DNA of 64,000 nt from Azolla caroliniana (Eukaryota > Plantae > Polypodiophyta), in contig JBHGNT010000006.1 of NCBI GenBank assembly GCA_043228905.1, positions 4,154,001 through 4,218,000 on the forward strand. Direction: 5' to 3'. The notes under the pieces were generated by a model that was not told where the DNA came from, made no database searches, and saw only the letters and a program-made list of their open reading frames with translations. Positions 61,376 through 64,000 of this stretch are shown here, one piece after another. Made by a program: the position numbers and the translations under genes. How positions within the stretch are numbered: the first letter of the stretch is position 1; every line of letters begins with the position of its first letter.

Positions 61376-61731
61376 CTTTTCAATGGGTTTTCATTGAAGG
61401 TGATAGAGTTTTACCATCCCCAGAGTATAAGATTGTGTTTGATTATTTGCGATACTTGGGCATGTGGTATATTTGGAACCTGCGGAATGGTTTCTTATTG
61501 GATGGGCTTTCAGGAGTATCTCAACAGATATGTAGGATAAAAGGAAAGTTGATTTGGCAATTTTCACAATTATGTTGTATGGGAACTTTGTCCCCAAATG
61601 AGTTACATTTGTATCGCTTTGTATTGCAGCACCTTAGAAGGTTGTCCTTGCCACATCGCTACCTTTGACGTAGTTTTGATAGCAAGGTTTTTTTGTATTA
61701 TCATGTTGTTTTAATATAAACATACATTTAC

Positions 61732-61734
<3 letters not shown>
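61373..61734 (+). mobile_element. 3' fragment of an L1/Tx1-like LINE ending in (GA)n
   Basis: [18 protein letters not shown] (WxIWxxRN motif), stop at 61668, T-rich 3'UTR with AATATAAA, then directly (GA)n. Confidence 0.7.
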
Positions 61735-61796
<62 letters not shown>

Positions 61797-62002
61797 TCAC
61801 AAAGATATCCTTTGAGTTTCAGAGAGTGTTGTATCCGTTTTCTTGTATTCTCTGTTGTATAGTGGATCTCTGTTCTCGTGGTTTTCCCCGTTAAGGGTTT
61901 CCACGTTAAGCTCTGTGTATTTTGTGTATTTGTTGTTTTCACGTTCTGTCTGTACATTTCAACATATCTTCCTCACAGATATACGATCCCATCTCATCAA
62001 AC

Positions 62003-62014
62003 TTGTATCAGAGC
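62003..62014 (+). promoter_or_regulatory. Primer binding site (tRNA-iMet type)
   Basis: TTGTATCAGAGC is one mismatch from TGGTATCAGAGC. It lies 3 nt after the LTR-terminal CA and just before the gag ATG. Confidence 0.85.
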
Positions 62015-62027
62015 GACAAGTGCAAAG

Positions 62028-62504
62028 ATGGAAGGAAGTGTGAGTGGATTTCTAGGAATGATGGTCCTAAACTCACACAACTACGCAGACTGGAAGATCA
62101 AGATGGAAAATATTCTCATAGTCAAAGATTTGTACGAGCCCATCGATAGAGAAGAAATGCCCACGGGGGTATTGGAGTCTGAATGGAAACTCCTCAACAT
62201 GAAGGTTGTGGCCACCATCAGACAATGCGTAGATGTAAGTGTCCTTCAAAAAGTGGCGAACGACACAAATGCCTACGAGATGTGGTAGAAGTTGTTAGGG
62301 CTCTACGAGAGAAAGAATGCCTTGAACAAGACATATTTGATGAGGAAGATCGTACAACTGAAGTACAGGGAATGAGAAAGCAGAATGGAACACATCAACA
62401 CATTCATGGGGCTAGTAAATCAACTTGCGGCAATGAAGTTTCCCTTGGATGATGCTATGCAGGCCTTGCTGTTGATGTGTACCTTGTCGAACAATTGGGA
62501 GAAC
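62028..62504 (+). mobile_element. Copia gag N-terminal half (pseudogenised, truncated)
   Basis: LNSHNYADWKIKMENILIVKDLYEPI...EWKLLNMKVVATIRQCV...AYEMW*KL..LYE and EHINTFMGLVNQL....LDDAMQALLLMCTL..NWEN, with a stop and a frameshift. Confidence 0.9.
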
Positions 62505-63634
62505 CAAACAATAGCTAGAAGAGGCCCAGAAGACTATTGCGGACTTGGAGCACCACCCGTAGGAAGCAACGGCCTCAACCAACACCACAACTCCCCCCAC
62601 ACCCGAAATAGAAAGACTCAATGAGGAGGTCGAAGCTCAAATGACAATAACGGCAAAAGCGAAAAAAGCGGCGGACCTCCCCGAGATGGAGATAGAGCAA
62701 CTCCGCTCTGAACTTCGATAGTCGTCGGATAGGGAAACAGACATTAGAGTGAAGGCGAGGAAGGGCATAAAAGTAATACAAGACAAGTTGGATGCCGAAA
62801 TTTCAGCCCTCAAACAAACAATCGAAGCGCTCAACAAACAGACATAAGCAGTCGGCCGATCTGAAGGCATCACTCAGGGGCTGCACAAGGCTGCAACGAA
62901 AAAGCACCAATGTGTTGGGAAAACCAGGTCCCTCCGGTTTGGGATGAGCCGAATTGAAGAACAAGCTCGACCGAGGCCAAAAATCGATTTTCAAAATTGA
63001 AATCGAGAATCGATTATACCACTGATTCAAAAGACAATATTTGTAAATAGTCCAAATGTGCCCCTTGTGGGCTATACTTGTTAATAGCCAAAAAGTTGTT
63101 TTAGTATATAAACAACTAGGGCAAACATTAAGAGGTAGTTTAATCATTGTTGTATAGTTACACAAAAGGTAGTTGCCTCTGTAACTGTGAGTGAGTGAGT
63201 AGTGAGAGTTAGCCAGTAACTCTACGGTCGTCAGTTTGACGAAGGAAAGCTTAAGGTTGTTGCCTTGAAGCTTATCATTGTCCTAATTATAATGATTTAG
63301 TTTGGAGTTTGAGGACTCCTGTGGTTTTTCCCTTTCGGGTTTTTCACGTAAAGATCTTGTGTCTCAGTACTTGTGTTTTCTGCCTTCTCATTTTTCTGTC
63401 TGTGCACTACCTTTATAGATCTTTGCACCTGAACATTAGAAGTGAAACCAGTTGTGGCCAGTCACGATCCCTACACAATGGTACGAGGAACAGATCAAGA
63501 GTGAGTGCCAGCTATTGAGAGAGGTTCAAGAAGGCTTGCATAAGGAAATGGGCCAGTTAGAAGAATTGCACGAAAAAGAATTGAAGGTCTGGCAAGAGGT
63601 GAAATCACGATACGAGATGCATGCGGCCTCCAAT
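62504..63634 (+). pseudogene. Decayed coiled-coil ORF of unknown function, split by a solo LTR
   Basis: One frame reads LEEAQKTIADLE...EIERLNEEVEAQ...EIEQLRSELR...IQDKLDAEISALKQTIEALNKQ...KKHQ and resumes WYEEQIKSECQLLREVQEGLHKE after the LTR and one TSD are removed. The stops are TAG/TAA, consistent with CAG/CAA deamination. Confidence 0.7.
62913..63475 (+). mobile_element. Solo LTR with 5-bp TSD
   Basis: TGTTGGG...CCCTACA termini flanked by CAATG at 62908-62912 and 63476-63480. TATATAAA near 63105. Confidence 0.92.
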
Positions 63635-64000
63635 TAGTAATGGGCCCGGTTCGGTTTCGGTTCGGTTTGGTTTCTTGGCCTTCAAACCAAACCAAACCAT
63701 TTATTAATAAAAAAAACCGAACCAAACTGTTTTAAATTTTATGAAGCCATTTAAACCGAACCGTTTACGAAAAATTTAAAACCAAACCAAACTAGTTTAT
63801 CATAAATCAAAACCAAACCAAACAAAACCATTTTTTATTGATATTAATCATTATACTTATTATAAATTTGTGTGAGAAAATCATCATAAATTTATTCATC
63901 ATACTCATCATAAATTTTGTCATCATATTTATTATAAAATTTGTCATTATACTTATCATAATTTTGGTCATCATACTAATCATAAATTTGATCATCATAC
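63635..64000. mobile_element. Left end of a probable hAT-type DNA element, running off the window
   Basis: Abrupt start TAGTAATGGGCCCGG, followed by many GGTTCGGTTT/AAACCGAACC subterminal motifs in both orientations and a ~24-bp TCATCATAAATTT/TCATACT tandem array. The other end and the TSD are not visible. Confidence 0.6.

Larger units (their letters stand above)
59943..61999 (+). mobile_element. 5' LTR of a Copia element, split by nested insertions (LTR parts ~59943-60369 and ~61735-61999)
   Basis: Starts TGTTAGGAAAA and ends ..TCATCA just before the PBS. Both halves are collinear with the uninterrupted related solo LTR at 62913-63475 (shared ATTTGTAAATAG, CTAGGGCAAACATTA, GTGGTTTT.CCC..GGGTTT..CACGT, ACGATCCC). 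Confidence 0.8.

Noticed and set aside
60445-61540. 284-aa and 143-aa ORFs as genuine U6/GA/LINE fusion proteins
   Set aside because: They are open only because GA/TC repeats lack stop codons. Only the LINE C-terminal part is real coding-derived sequence.

Overview
AT-rich, intron-containing land-plant nuclear DNA. The TE families and microsatellite load suggest a fern, but that is an inference. Five apparently intact spliced genes were reconstructed by hand from GT/GC-AG boundaries: a glutamate-receptor-like channel (GLR, -), a KUP/HAK/KT potassium transporter (+), an HMGB protein (+), an F-box protein (-) and a TRM/LONGIFOLIA-like protein (-). Between them lie LINE and Copia relics, solo LTRs with target-site duplications, tandem duplications and a scrambled Rab-GDI pseudogene. 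The most notable structure is at ~59.9-64 kb. A (GA)n tract inside a Copia 5' LTR appears to have received three insertions: an RTEX-like LINE, a 5'-complete but 3'-truncated U6 snRNA copy ending exactly at U6's internal GAGAA, and an L1-like 3' end with a (GA)n tail instead of poly(A). This suggests a (GA)n-targeting retrotransposition system that also copies cellular RNA. A GC-rich three-way-junction fold at ~45.3 kb is unexplained. All calls are from manual reading; no database searches were run.
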